Shown here piece by piece: positions 21,870-35,537 of a DNA stretch of 64,000 nucleotides. The position numbers and the translations under genes are program-made. This stretch comes from Flectonema sp. DT1601. Its lineage: Eukaryota. Location of the stretch: NCBI GenBank assembly GCA_964019425.1, contig OZ025799.1:1116001-1180000 (forward strand). The letters are read 5' to 3'. The notes under the pieces are model-generated. The model ran no database searches, had not been told where the DNA came from, and saw only the letters and a list, made by a program, of their open reading frames with translations. Numbering within the stretch: position 1 is the first letter of the stretch; each line of letters opens with the position of its first letter.

Positions 21870-22257
21870 CCAGAAGAAGTCTTTACCTCTGAAACTGATC
21901 GTTATACACTTCTTTAGGTTGATTCAAGTATTTAATATTTATCCAGGGCGATGGACAGGCTTCTCAGAGATTTGTGAAAAAGTCTGTCATCGATTTATGA
22001 TTTAACTTTTGTTCCTGGGAACTGGTCTGAGCTTTTTTCTGGTTGCTTTCCTTATCCGTATTCACAGAATGCTTTACCCCGCTTATGATTGTTGTACTTG
22101 ATTGTGACTTCTTTGTTTAACATTACAGGTTTCGATACTACAATGATATATAATTGAGGTGGGGATTTAATTAACTATTTGTTAGTCGTCGTTGTGTTTA
22201 ATCGTTTTGGCTACAGCTTGCACCCCACTTTCGGGAATAAAATAAAAATAAAATAAT

Positions 22258-23253
22258 ATGCCCCGATCGCCATCCCCTATTCGATTTAAAGTAATTGCAG
22301 GTGCCAATCCCAACTTGGTTGTGGCTGAGCACGGAACTACACCTCGAGGAAGGCAAAGAGTGAATGGGCATGCGGATACTCTGACTGTTGGATTTGATTG
22401 GAAGAAAAAGGAACTTCCACGTAGGCATCACAACCCAATGAACAATTACAGCTCTTTAGATAATAAGAAAGGTGCTGTCAGCGGGTATTGTGCACCACAG
22501 AGACCCGGAAGGAGAGGATCACCTGTAAAACATCAAACAGAAGCCAAAAGAACTGGAAAGCAGTCAGACAAATGCGACCATACTAGCACCCTAGTGTCAG
22601 GTGGTTGTGGTATGAAACCTGGACCTCGAGCAACTATAAAGGGAAGGCAACGTGCTAACAGTCCATTAAAAACAGGACTGGAGCCTGCAGGTGGGATGCT
22701 GTGCAATGCGAATGATGAGAAGGGAAGAATTAAAAAAAAGGGAATTGGTCACCCGATGCACAATTCACAAATTCACATCCCTCATCCAAATGATGAGCCA
22801 CCAAAGACATCAACACCGAGAGCTGGTAGACCAACAACTGGAAGTTGGATGACTGATCAAACACCAACAAGTGTTATTGACTCTCCTCGTAATCGTAAAG
22901 GTAGATCACCTTGCAGACCTTCAACACTAAATATATTAGTAGCGGAAGAAACCAACGTCACCAGACGTCATAAGTTCTTAGAATTGAAGAGACAACAGGC
23001 TGAGACTCAACGTCGAGTAGAAGCTCCTCGACAAAAACCAGCCGGCATTCCTCCCACATGGAATCAGGCGTCTGCAAAGAAAAGGGTGTACCCAGAGAGA
23101 GATGCCTCACCTGTTCGAATGATAATGACTCCTCGTAGTTTTAGAGTTGAGACCAGGTCGTTATCTCCTTCGAAGAGACTTTCGATTACTGGATCTCCCA
23201 GACGTGCTGTTGTTCCAGCACACAGCACTGGGAGATTGTTAGCCTGGGACTAG
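22258..23253 (+). CDS. Basic, probably disordered hypothetical protein
   Basis: 331-aa ORF in the + gene array; Arg/Pro/Ser rich; no recognised domain. Confidence 0.7.
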   Translation: MPRSPSPIRFKVIAGANPNLVVAEHGTTPRGRQRVNGHADTLTVGFDWKKKELPRRHHNPMNNYSSLDNKKGAVSGYCAPQRPGRRGSPVKHQTEAKRTGKQSDKCDHTSTLVSGGCGMKPGPRATIKGRQRANSPLKTGLEPAGGMLCNANDEKGRIKKKGIGHPMHNSQIHIPHPNDEPPKTSTPRAGRPTTGSWMTDQTPTSVIDSPRNRKGRSPCRPSTLNILVAEETNVTRRHKFLELKRQQAETQRRVEAPRQKPAGIPPTWNQASAKKRVYPERDASPVRMIMTPRSFRVETRSLSPSKRLSITGSPRRAVVPAHSTGRLLAWD

Positions 23254-23853
23254 TTTTGGTCTTGTGAAGGGTGTTTAGTTAGAAATGTTTATTTTTGATT
23301 TATTTCATTTACGTTACTCTCTGTAGGGCTTACCTGATGCTCTACAGTCTGTGATAACATCGATATACACCAAGTAGTGTAGTAGATCTGTTTTGTACTT
23401 ATGGACGTTGTTCAGAAATCTGATTTTAAAAATTTATATAACGATTTGTCTGCGTTGTTGTTGCTTTTGTATGTTTTATAGAAAATCTTTTTTATTTATT
23501 CATAAATATAACCAATGAGTTGTCTTGAGTAATAAACTTGTCGCAACCTTCTTTATAATTGTTTATTGTACGTCGCGAATTATTGTCGCCTCTTTTTTTT
23601 TTTTTATACTAATTTTTTGAAAATAACCGAACGAGGGATCCACCCTTCGACTTATTGTATTTATTTATTCTCCCCTAATGTTCTTAGTAAGATTATTTTA
23701 TGTTTTTTTTTTTCTTCTTTTTTTAAAAACATTATTTTTTTTCATTTCAGGTAAACAACATAAACAGAACTACAGTGTTGAAATATCTCTCTAATCAAGT
23801 TATCATTCTGATTAAGGTATCATTCTGTTATTTTATTTACAGTCCCTCTAACG

Positions 23854-24705
23854 ATGCCGCAGATCTGCCGATTCTTCTCCGAGAATGGCAAGTGTAGAAA
23901 GGGAAACGATTGCGACTTCTCTCATGACGTAAGTAACGGAAATGGAAATATCAGAGGAAGAGGAGGTGCTTCAGGACGCGGGGGATCATTCGGAAGGGGT
24001 GGTGGTGGTGGTGGTGGAAAATCAAACAACCGAAAGAAGCCCTCAAAGAACACGGAAACATTCGAACCATCACACGCAGCTCCCGACATGCGACTTGTCG
24101 TTGCCATGGCAAAAGGAGGAGCTAAAAAGTATAATCGACAGTACGTTGGGAATGACGTCATCATCGTACCCGACCTTTGGGATGAGGACGACACTTCAAT
24201 GTACTCAAACTTACTAAAGGAAATGGAAGGATGTGGTATTAAGAAAAGTAACTTATGGAAATCATGGCACGGAGATAGTCATCTCATAGCTGATGATAAA
24301 TGTGGTTGGAAGAAGAACTGTCCGACATTTAACTCCGTTGTTAAAAAGATTGAATCATATTTTGGAATGGATATCAAAGCAACTCGCTTCAACTACTACC
24401 AAGACTCTAGTGAATGGAAACCATTCCATCATGATGCTGCAGCAGTAAAACCTGATAAGGCAAAGACTCAAAACATCACAGTCGCCGTCTCATTTGGTTC
24501 CGAAAGAGAAACTGCTTTCGAACACGCTAAACAACGAACAGTGATATCTGTGCCATCCCCAAATGGTAGTTGTTATGTTTTTAATAAAGATGTTAATATC
24601 GAATGGAGACACGGCATCCTTCAAGTTCATCCTGACTATGCTCATCAAGAAGGTCGCGTCAGTATCATTGCCTGGGGTTGGGTAGAGATGGAAGATAAAT
24701 ACTAA
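23854..24705 (+). CDS. CCCH zinc finger + RGG box + AlkB-like 2OG-Fe(II) dioxygenase
   Basis: CRFFSENGKCRKGNDCDFSH (C-x7-C-x5-C-x3-H); RGRGG/RGG repeats; FHHD (HxD), WRHGI, GRVSIIAW. Confidence 0.8.
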   Translation: MPQICRFFSENGKCRKGNDCDFSHDVSNGNGNIRGRGGASGRGGSFGRGGGGGGGKSNNRKKPSKNTETFEPSHAAPDMRLVVAMAKGGAKKYNRQYVGNDVIIVPDLWDEDDTSMYSNLLKEMEGCGIKKSNLWKSWHGDSHLIADDKCGWKKNCPTFNSVVKKIESYFGMDIKATRFNYYQDSSEWKPFHHDAAAVKPDKAKTQNITVAVSFGSERETAFEHAKQRTVISVPSPNGSCYVFNKDVNIEWRHGILQVHPDYAHQEGRVSIIAWGWVEMEDKY

Positions 24706-24938
24706 AAAAGAGTTATCACTACATCATATCTTGTGCTTCTTTATTTATTTGTTTAACTTCTCCATCTGAGTTCCTTTCGTATTTCTCAGTGCGACAGGTT
24801 GACTGGAGGATACCAAATCTGTGTTTTCAACACGCCACGTCCTTTTTTTAGATTATCCGAACAAGCTGATGATGAGAGTGAAGTCCTGTTTTTCGTAGTT
24901 ATTTCTTGCTCCCTTCACAGTTATATTCAAACAAAAAT

Positions 24939-25664
24939 ATGACTTCATCACCTCCAAAACCGTGGGAGGTGAACCCGGCGGGAACAACAGCGACAACCAG
25001 CGGAGATGGGAGTCCAGCCCCAGTGACAGATGCTGTTGGAGGAAGTGTAGGTGCAACGTCTGTCGGGACTGCTGGTGTTGGGAATACTACTTTGGGTAAC
25101 AACGGACTGACTGGTAATAGTACAATGGGAGGAAGTAATTACAACTCAATGAATAGGTACGGTAACAACTCAATGTACAGTGGTGGTGGTCTTGGTGGAA
25201 TGGGAAGCTACGGAGGTATGGGGATGGGTGGCTACGGTGGGATGGGAATGGGAATGGGCGGCTATGGAGGAATGGGAATGATGGGTATGGGGATGGGGAT
25301 GAATCCAGCTGAACAACGTTCTCAAATGCTAATGTTCTTCATGAATCGAATGGGTGAAATGGTCAGTAGCTTTTCTCCAATGCTTCAACAAGCTCTGAAC
25401 AGCTCCTTGTCTTGTGTTGCTAATGTTGCAGAACTCAAAAGTCAATACAACACAATTCCAAATCAAACATCTGACGCGACTTCATTTCCTCAAACATTCG
25501 ACCTCTCCAGTCCTACCAACCAGCAAGTAGCTGAACCTGAGAAAGATACCACCGACGTGATCTCATCATTTCTTTATAACTTTTTGAAGAAAGTACTCTT
25601 CTTCTATGTCATCTACAGACTGTCTTCTGTAATCGCGAGGAGACTTGATAAAGTACTCGTGTGA
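24939..25664 (+). CDS. PEX13: Peroxin-13-like protein without SH3 domain
   Basis: N-terminal SPPKPWE motif, Tyr/Gly/Met-rich region (YGGMGMGGYGG), hydrophobic C-terminal segment. Confidence 0.65.
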   Translation: MTSSPPKPWEVNPAGTTATTSGDGSPAPVTDAVGGSVGATSVGTAGVGNTTLGNNGLTGNSTMGGSNYNSMNRYGNNSMYSGGGLGGMGSYGGMGMGGYGGMGMGMGGYGGMGMMGMGMGMNPAEQRSQMLMFFMNRMGEMVSSFSPMLQQALNSSLSCVANVAELKSQYNTIPNQTSDATSFPQTFDLSSPTNQQVAEPEKDTTDVISSFLYNFLKKVLFFYVIYRLSSVIARRLDKVLV

Positions 25665-26340
25665 TGACTGCAGAGAGTTAGCTGACGATCTGTTCCACGA
25701 CAAGAAGGAAGACTACCTGATGAGATATCAGAAGTTATAAATCCAATCTTTTGATCTACTGAAAGCTGAGCATGGCGGAGTTTTGATCCTCACTTCAGAC
25801 TTGTACAGCCCGCTGGGCTACGTGAGTTCTTTACGGATGTTATTTTGTATTTGATACTTGCTGTGAAGACTTTTTTTTCTCTTTTTTTTAAAACATTTTT
25901 TTTGTCAATATATCAAATTCTATCTTCTCCTTCCCCAGCCCATCTGTTTTGTTGAACCTTTGTGCGTGCGGTAGTTGATTACCAGATGAGGTGTTTTGTT
26001 CACAAAACAAACATCTTTCGGGTGATGACGCTGCTGACTCACAGCAGTGAGTTGATTGCCGTTCCTCTTATTGTCTGCTTTCGTTACATTTGACGTCATG
26101 AAGTCGTTCAGTAAAAGAGAAGTAGTTACAGTTTGTACACAAAACAAACACTTTTCCAGGGAAGGGAAAATAAAATTAAGTAAAAGTAATTACGAACTAG
26201 AGAAGTACCATTCTCCACTTCGTAGACAAACAGCTCGTGTTCGCTCAGTAAAAAAGGATTCCTGTTTTTGATCTCAATCTTATTTCGTATTATTATTTAA
26301 TTCACACAGGGGGTTGGTATCGACTTACTTTATAATAAAA

Positions 26341-28306
26341 ATGACCAACCCATTAGGGAGGTTTGACGCATCTCGGAGGAAGTTCGCGCTGGTTCATAAC
26401 AACGCTGTTCGAGTTTACGATGTTGCAACTGGAGAACTTCTGCAGACTTTGTCTCCACCAGCTGGAGCGGATTCCGTGAACTGTCTTTCCTGGTCTGCGG
26501 GAAAGAAGGGAAAGACTTACGTAGCCATCGGTTGTGAAAGTGGTAATTCATATGTTTGGGATGTGGACACCAATGAAGCCGCCGCAGAGGTTGTTATGGA
26601 AAACCCAGTCGTCAGTATCTCCTTCTGTTCTCAGGGGACTCCGACTCTTGCAGTTGCAACATCTGCTGCATTGAAGGTACACAACGTAAAGAATAATGCG
26701 CTAGTCTGCTCTGGACAGATTTCAAAGGGTACTGAGGCTGTCTCTCTCTCTGGAAACCTTTGCGCTGTTTCAGCGAAAAAACTCACCGTTGTGAGAATCG
26801 AGAAATCGCCTGAAACAGCGGCCGCCAAGAAGTTGCAAGTTCTTTATAAGTTCACTGGACACACCTCCCCAGCTAACTGGGCACACTTGAATCCTAACGG
26901 TGAAGTACTTCTTACTAGTTCCAGCAGTGAAAGACACGTCTCTGTGTGGAAAGTTGGAGAGAAGGGAACTACAGGTCAAACAACATCACTTCAGCTACCT
27001 GACCATCTTCTTAACGGAGATGTGAACAGTAAGATGGCTGTGTCAGTTACTAGTGCTACTGCTATTGTTCACAGTCTGGAAAGTGGTGAGCCGTTTATGA
27101 CAATTCAGTTGAAGGGTGCAGAGGGAAGTTTGTCGCAGGTGTTGGCGGCCTGTTTCACTGCCAGCGGCGTGGTTGTTGCGAAGGGAACTTCAGCAAAGCC
27201 GATCTTTGAAAATGTGTCGCTGTCTCAGGGAACTATTTCTATCAACGCAATGAGTGCGGAGTCAACTAATTTGGTTATGGGTGCCGCCACAAAGAAGAGA
27301 AAGACAGCAGCTGAAGCGCCAATCACAAACAAACCGATGCCTGCGGAGTCCCTCGACACTTCAGCTTTGGATTCTATCGATATCAAACAATCTCTTGGGT
27401 TCCGAAAAAGTGAACAGCAAAAGGGATCAAAGTCATCCGACAAAATCAGAATAACACAATCACTGCAACAGGCGCTTGCTAGAAGTGATAAAAAGCAACT
27501 TGACGTCCTCCTCGATGAGGGTATCGCCAGAAGAGTTGTTGACAGCTCTGTATGTATTCACCCTCTGAAGTAAAGATTTTCATTTTGATATTTCAAATTA
27601 TTAAAAAAACAACAACAACAGGTTGCTGACCTAGAGCGTATTTACGCACTCAAGCTTCTCCGTGAATGCACCAAACGTTTCCAGCACAAGTCATCACGCG
27701 CACAGTACACGGTATGTTAGCATTACCTCTCTGTGATTGAGTCCTCCAACACAATAACAATAACAACAATAATAATAAACAGCTTCCATGGATCAAAGCA
27801 GTTATTGCTCACCACCCTCAGCACCTCCTGTCCCTGTCAGATCTTGACTCAATGTTGGAACCACTTCAGGTATGAATTAGATGTGATGTGTTATTTAGTA
27901 CAACAAATTATAATAAAACAAACACAAACAGAATGTCGTTGGTGAACATTTACAAACCTATTCACATCTCTCCAACCTTCAAGGTAGGTTAGAAGTTGTA
28001 GTCGGAAGGAGTAGAGTATTAAAGGATGAGGTAGTAAGAGAAAGAGGACAGCCATTGAGAATTATAACAGAAGAAGATGAAGCTCTAGCAAACAGTCTAC
28101 TTGATGAAGAGAGTACTGGTGATATCTCTGATATTGATATGGACATCATGAATGAAGTTCTCAGAGAAGGCGGAAATGATGTCATTCCACTCCCTCAAGA
28201 CGAAGACATGTCTGATGATCAACAAGACGCAAACGGTGACGTCGAAATGTCTTCTCAAGACTCTGCTGAAGAAGACGAAGAAGAGACTGACGAAGAGAGT
28301 GATTAG
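26341..28306 (+). CDS. WDR43: WD40 + Utp12-domain SSU processome protein (UTP5/WDR43-like); introns 27550-27621, 27712-27782, 27870-27931
   Basis: WD repeats (FTGH...VSVW); removing three GT-AG introns gives one frame with LPWIKAVI and LSNLQGRL motifs and an acidic tail. Confidence 0.75.
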
Positions 28307-28749
28307 TCTATGAGTCATACTTTACTCGGGTCCCTCCATTCCACAAGACTCCCTTTTTAATATTGTGTTATATATCAAGTACGAAGTACCCGAATTTAAA
28401 AAAATAAATCAGTGGTGTTCGCTGAACTGAAATTGCTGAGCAGTTTCCTTATCAGAAATGTGCCCGTCCCCACCCCATCAGAGATCCATATGTAGCTGGA
28501 TGAGTTTACGATACCAAAGTGTTACCTCCGTTCCCTTCCTCTCTCGTACTCCCTCAGGATGATCAAGGTTTGTTTGGATATAAGATAGAAGAAGTCTAAT
28601 GGAATTATTTTATTATTTTTATATTTATCGGTAGACATAAATCATCATCATATGTGGTGGCTCAGATAGTAGTCTCCAGACCTGACTTGTTTTATCACCT
28701 TTACCAGTTACACCTTTCACAATTAATATGAGCCACTCAACGTAATCAA

Positions 28750-30631
28750 ATGAACGTCAACAGACAAGTCGCTCTTTCAGTCTTCGCAACAGTTGTTGTG
28801 ATGTTACTGGTGAGAGTCATGCTGGAGAGAGGAAATGAAGTAGAACCGGAAATTTTAGAAATTCCGCGACGACATCAGGAATCGAACCCAGACGTGGAAA
28901 AAGTGATTCCACGGCGAGCAGTCCACGATCCATTAACTTGGAAGACAAGAGAATGGTATTCAACTAGTGGATATAAGAAGGTTACTGATGAGTTAAGAAA
29001 TAGTTTTAATGATGAGATTCCTGTTGTGAAGATATTCAAATCACGCTACGACTTCATTGAGAAATCAATTGTCAACAGCGACACTGTTGAGGTTCTGTCA
29101 GCACCTCACCCAGCCTGTACATCACAACACAATTTACAACAAAAGGGTTCTCTCAGTAGTTTTTACCCGAGTGAGATGCCTTGCTCAAGATATCCATTTG
29201 GTCAAACTCGTCCCATTCCGTGGAATAAAGGAGCCTATCAAATAGTGAAGAATGTTGTTGTGTATAAGGATAATATTTACACATTAGAAGGTGAACACTC
29301 GAATAGGAATTTATCGATTAAATGGGCTGGTCAGTTTGTTACATTACGGGGATTTATTTATCAGGTTTGTATTATTTAGTACCATCCGTGCAGTATGCGT
29401 GGGGATAGTTTTCTAATTATTCTACTCCAGGTCCTGAGGAATTCTTTCGATAGTTGTTATTCGAGGAATCGTTTTTTCATCATTTTTTTTGATCTGATTG
29501 GTCCGCAGCGTTGATATCAAAACAAACACCCAACAGATAACCACGGATAGCTTTACATTACAACCTTTACCGAAAGAGTTAGAAAAGTTGGTTAGGGATA
29601 TGCCTGTCAGAGAAGTTGGAATCTATCAACCTCCAACAGACTTTGCTGCGTTGTGGCACACAGTCGTTGAGGTAGCTCTTCCATTATTTCATGCAATCCT
29701 TCCGTATGTTGTTAGTGGATATAATGTTTCAATTGTACAACAGTTGGCAAAGGAACGAACAACACCGTCGACTGCATTCCAAGAGATCTACAAACAGAAA
29801 GGTTTGACTTGGACCTGTTGTGCTCTCTCTCCTAAAACATGCATGTCAACAGCATACGGAGAACTTTACAAAAGGATTGCAAGTGGAGGGTTGATATTTA
29901 ATAGTGAAAGTGATGGTCCCGTCTTATTCAAGAGAATGATTTTTGGAACTCCGACCAACTGCATTCCAGTCTGGGGAATCGATTCTATATTTCAAGCAGC
30001 AGATGGAACAATCGATGAAGAATGCTCTTCACTGTTTTGGATGTGGAGGAGACATTGGCTCAATGAGTACAACGCTAGGAGAATGCCAAAAATCTCATTA
30101 CCGATTGTGATGAAAGAAGTTTCTATTTTGTGGGCAACTCGCCGAAATTCAGAAAGCCGTCGAATAGACAACGAGCAGGAAATGATTTCCTCCATAAACA
30201 CTTTAGTAACCAACCCTGTTGTGGTCACATCCTTTACTGGAACTCTTACCGACCATTTTAACACATTGCAAACAGCAACTCATTTAGTATCCCCTCATGG
30301 AGCAGCATTGATTAACGTTATAATGTTGAGAGTCAACTCTTTTGTTGTGATGTTGGACATTCATTTTCCACCTTTTACTGGATTGTCGATGGAGGTGCCT
30401 TGGGTACATCACATTCATTATAATGCCAACCTGACTTGTAATCCTTCTCATTATAAAAATCAGAAGAAGAAAGGATGTAAATATATTTACAGAAAACCTG
30501 AAGGAAAACATCACATCCATAACTTTCCGACATCAGAACACAACAACAACATCAGAGTCGGTGAAAGTCTTGTTGAAGCGATAAAAGAAACAATTTATGG
30601 AGATTGGAATGATCTGTCTCCTCTCTCATAA
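28750..30631 (+). CDS. GT61-like glycosyltransferase, type II membrane; intron 29365-29536
   Basis: N-terminal TM; WHTVVE, RRIDNE and LVSPHGAALINVIML motifs; phase-0 intron joins the two ORFs in frame. Confidence 0.75.
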
Positions 30632-30910
30632 GTTTATGGTATTCTATTATTAAACTGAGAGGGTGATTTATGCACTTCATTTCTTTATGTTTGGTTTCTT
30701 CGTTTTTGACTAAAGAAACACTTGGTGGAGATTGAAATAATCGTTGCCTACTCATAACAAACTATTGTTGTTGAGTGTTACTGTGTTTCCAATACTGACA
30801 ACAGATAAAACCGACTAGAGAGACTTACTATGTTTTACAGTTCATGTGGTATCTTAACGTTAATTTCTAAAAAAAAAGACAGGAGGAAAAAAATAAATAA
30901 AAATAAAATA

Positions 30911-31750
30911 ATGACGGACGCATCTGAAAAAGAAAAATATTTAACAGCGCTGAGAGGATTTGATGCAGCGAAGGGAATAAGCAGTGAGATTATAGAAGTA
31001 GTTGATTTCGTTGCGAAGTCTGGTTGTAATTGGTATGTTCTGATTCTTTTATTATATTATTGTGAAGTAATAAAATATTTACTTAAAACAGTTTTCCATG
31101 GGACCTCCTCAAACCAGCTCTTTTCGCGCAATTAAATGACGTTTTAGTAAAGACACCTCCACAGACACAGCTGGCGGAAGATAAACAAGTTGAGTACGCT
31201 GCTGACAGAGCAACAGCACTTGGATACCTATCACAGTTCAGCGCTGCTCCTTTTACTTTACAAAGACTTTGTGAGATTTTGGTTGACAAGGCGATCACTT
31301 CCGGAAGGAAAGATAAACTAGTTTGGGCGATTCTAAAACTTGTCTGCATCGCCACGACAATTCCCGTTGAGCCTTTTCCGTTTGAACGACAGGTTTGTTT
31401 TTTTTTACTATAATTTTTTTTCCCCTTTTGTCCCTTCGAGATGTTTTACTTAAAGGATAATAACTTTAAATACCAAACAGTCTACCTCAGAAACAACATC
31501 AACTGGGATAGCTGATCTGTTAGTTGAAGACGACGTACCAATGCCTCCACCAGCACCAGTTGTAATCTCAGAACCAGAACCACAACAAGACCAGCAGATG
31601 GAGAATACTGAAGAAGAAGAACTTCCTATTGAAGATCTTCAACAGCAACCTCCTCAAGATCAACAAATGGACCAACAGCAGGATGAGGCACCAGAACAAT
31701 CAACACCTCCGACTGTAGAAACAACACCTGATACTGCTACTGCTACGTAG
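30911..31750 (+). CDS. PPP4R2: Protein phosphatase 4 regulatory subunit 2-like; introns 31033-31091, 31393-31480
   Basis: FPWDLLKP and APFTLQRLCEIL motifs; acidic Q/E-rich tail; spliced frame is continuous. Confidence 0.75.
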
Positions 31751-32141
31751 TAAACTAAACTCTCGTGGAATGGATTTCACTAACGGAGTACACCTGCCTG
31801 ACACTCCGATAAGAATTACAAACAACGATTCTGATAGGCCGAGACAGTCACTACCAAACTATCGAACTTATGATGGTTTTCACCATCTGCCTGGCTGAGA
31901 CAGGCTTAACTCAACATTCAGTTCGGGGAGTGCATTTTGAAATGCGTTACTCAGACCACTGAGCCGATATTGGAGTCGCCAAACCCGACAGTTAGTTGGG
32001 AGTGGGGAATGTATCTTTTTGAGGGCAGGCGCAACTAATAAAGTTGTTTAAAGTAATAATGTTGTGACTAAAATATCGGATTTCACCTTCACATTCAACA
32101 GAAAGGATTTACGGGGAAGTCCTATCCTTTTACATAATAAA

Positions 32142-34532
32142 ATGGATCACCAGCTGAGGTCTGCTAGAGATCTCTTTAAGAGAATGAGTTTAGTTGATGA
32201 TCGTCTGAGTAGGAAGTTAGAGAACCACTCGATGGTTAATCTTAATGAGATGTGGGGAGCTTGTGGTGCCGGCAGGAGAGCAGCCGAACGAGTTGACTAC
32301 AACAGCGACAGCACATCCATCGCTGAGGAGTTCCAAAGAGAGGAAATCAAATCAAACGAAGCTCCTCCACCACCTTCACGTTGTAATAAGGAGAGAACCC
32401 GTCGGTTGATGGTCGAGTCTTCAGATCATCACAACTCGGACTCAGTTCAACACATCTCACCTCCGTACTCAGAAAATCATTTTCAGAACAGCCAGTCAGC
32501 TACCAGTCGGAAGCTGTCGTCTGATGTGACAAACAAACAACGCAGCTCTTCACCAAACTTCGACTTGGATTCGAATGCTCTTCAAGTAAACCATTCTAAA
32601 GACAGACAACTCGGATGTGATGTTTCCACGTCTTTAACTACTCAACAGTTCTCGAAAGACAATCGAAACCACTTCGTGAGGTCATCAGATCGCAACTCTG
32701 AACACCATCGTGAGAGCAGCCCATCTCACAACTCCTCTGCAGATGTTCGGAACCGCGGGCCTGAAAATCATTCATTTGGTGGTTGGGAAGATGATAAAAT
32801 GTTAGAAGCGAACCTCATGAGAGTTGAAGCTGACAGCTCCCCACCCCAGTGGAGAGGATTCGAAAACAGTTCCCTGTCTGAGTTCGTCCCGGATGCTAAC
32901 GCACAGCTTGCGAGTCTAGCTAACGGACAATACAATGGAGTACCTCTCACTGCTGTTGATCACACTGAGGAAAGCGAAGAAGAAGAAACAGCACTTCAAA
33001 CCATCGCTCTGGCGGAAGGATGGAAGTGTTTGAGTATCGTCAAAGACGCTTCAAAAGTAACAGATATGACTGTCATGGATGTTGCCCATCTCGACACCCA
33101 AAGGATTTACGCTGAATTATCCTTCAATGAAACTCCTCAACGACCCGCCAAGTTCAATTCCCGGAAAAAGGGTGAAATTCTCTCTCCTCCTCCGACGGCA
33201 TGGGATGATAAAACTCATCCAGTGCGGATTCAGGACTGTCCGGCTTCTCCAAAAACTCTGAATGAACAAAACGAGTGGATGAGTGAAGCCACAGCCGAAA
33301 GTTATAAAATTCAAAAACGAGGATTACACAATAGGGCAACAAAACTCACCAAGGAAGAGAATGGAAAACATAAAAATAAGAATGTGGCAAACAACCATCC
33401 TCGTCAACGCAGAGCCACTCAAAGAGCGGCAGTGCCTCCACAGAGTAATAGTCATTATTTACACGATGATGTTGAATTGAGTGAATGCGCACCAACACTA
33501 CCTTCGAATGCTGTCCCAACACGGAATAGTGATGAAGAAGTATTTAAGGAACTCGGTGAATTAATAAACAACCAACGCCAGGTCGTCAGTGAGGATGTTG
33601 AGTTCCAACAATTCCAACGAGCGATACGAAAGAAGCAGCCATCTCCTTCTGAAGTGTTGTACGCCGTTAAAATATTATTATTCGATGGAAACAGTGCCAC
33701 CGTTCACGTCAGTCCGACAGATGATCTGCAGTCGGTGGCGAGGGAATTCGCAGAACTCCATTCTCTCCCTGACGCTGTAATTCCCGCCTTGGCAATGAAA
33801 CTTCAGGAGGAGTGTCTGCAACATCAGCCGCAGCCTGTCGTAGCCCCTGTTGCAAAGAAAAGAGTTCCCCTGTCGACACTCAACAGTAATCAGAATAATA
33901 ATATTAAAGTTGTGAAGTCTGCACCTCCAAAACCAAAACTGGTCACCAAAACTTGTGGAAGAAGTAGAGCTGCTGATCCAATTCAAACGATTGTTCCAAC
34001 AAAATTAAAAAGTAGAACTCCATCAGTAACGTCTTCTCGATCTCACAGTCGAGGAGGGAGGTCTGGAGATGTCCTGCAACCTCTTCCCAGAAAGAGATCA
34101 ATTCCAAACCCTGGAATCCGTCTCTACAATCAGGGAATGCGACAGCGATCAGCTACCGCATCTGAGGCGAGGGAAGCCCGACGGCTTCGTGAGGAGCGAG
34201 AAGTTCGACTCGCGACCTTCCATCCTTCAATTTCAGTAAATGCAAAGCTGCTGTATGTTTCTTACCTTGTTGGGTGATCAAAACTATTTTTCCCACGAAA
34301 AAAAAAAAACAGAAATCGCCGCCGAGATGCGTACTTACTGAAGAAATCATCTCCGAAAGGCCTCCTGGGTGTTGAAGAAAAGGAATTCGAGCAATGCACC
34401 TTCACTCCGAAAATCTCAGAAGAGTCTGAGAGGTTGGTTGGCTGCATGAGGGCGGCCTCACTCTCTCCTCCGACCTTTGAAGCACTCTATCAGGACGCGG
34501 AAGATAGAAATATGAGAAAGTTGGCCACTTGA
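32142..34532 (+). CDS. Large, mostly low-complexity hypothetical protein with TFxPxI motifs; intron 34253-34312
   Basis: Long ORF from ATG 32142; ATFHPSIS and, after splicing, CTFTPKIS; stop TGA 34530-34532. Confidence 0.7.
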
Positions 34533-34934
34533 GGGGCAGACGTACTTCGCAGTTGCAACGGATTCGAAGTTTACATAGCGACCAGTCTCAATCTCCTTTA
34601 TAAAGATTAATGGTTGTTGTTTGTTCACAGACATAGTTTCTTTTTGATTTTCTTAACCTTAAACTTTGTGTAATTTAAACAATATTTTTAGAAGTCTTTT
34701 TTTTTTTTCCCTTTTACAAACTTATTATTGATTCTTTGTATTTATATCCACTTTCTGTGGAGTGTTTTTTTTTCTCTCTTTTTTTTTTTTTTGTTTAGAT
34801 TTTCAAAAAAAAATAAAAGAAGAAAAACAAACAAAACTTAATTTAGCTCTTTTAGAATTATTTTGTGATTTCTGTTCTTTTTATTAATGTTTTCTGTTTT
34901 CTCCCATTCAGCCACTCTTAGCAGCTCTACAAAG

Positions 34935-35537
34935 ATGAATACTTACACAGCAAGTCACCGTTTGAAAATTACTAAGAAGCCGACGATTAAGATTCACGGC
35001 AGTACCGATCACGACATCTTCGGGGCTGACGAAGTTGTTGAGACGCCTGTCAGAATGAGAAAAGCGGTTGAACAAATTGTAACCCCAACTGACACAGGGT
35101 TGTTGAAAGTTGGAAGGAAGCACATTGAACAAGAGGCTGCTGTTGAACCGTCGAAGGGATTCTCTGGTATGGCATACGACCCTGCAAAAAGTGATAGGTA
35201 CGCATCAACAAGAAGACATGCATGCAGTGGAAATGTTATTACTGGTGAGTTGGTTGCTGATTCTTTTGAGAATAGAAAACCATCTCGAGGTGCCGTACCT
35301 GTCAGCGGGTCCGTTGATCACATCCGTCACGCGCCTGAGCAGGCGGCTCCTTTCGTCGCTCGTGAAATTCATCAAAATCACCAAAAGCAGACTCGCTCTC
35401 ACTGTCCCTTTGCAATCGATGATGACTACGTTCATGTGCCGGAACCAACTAAACCACTTCACGCTCACAATATCAATCACGGTGATGTTCTTACAGGAGG
35501 AGCTATGTCAGTTCAACATTCTGGTCGCCGTCTGTAA
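34935..35537 (+). CDS. Hypothetical protein
   Basis: ~200-aa ORF from ATG 34935, downstream of a pyrimidine tract plus AG. Confidence 0.65.
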   Translation: MNTYTASHRLKITKKPTIKIHGSTDHDIFGADEVVETPVRMRKAVEQIVTPTDTGLLKVGRKHIEQEAAVEPSKGFSGMAYDPAKSDRYASTRRHACSGNVITGELVADSFENRKPSRGAVPVSGSVDHIRHAPEQAAPFVAREIHQNHQKQTRSHCPFAIDDDYVHVPEPTKPLHAHNINHGDVLTGGAMSVQHSGRRL

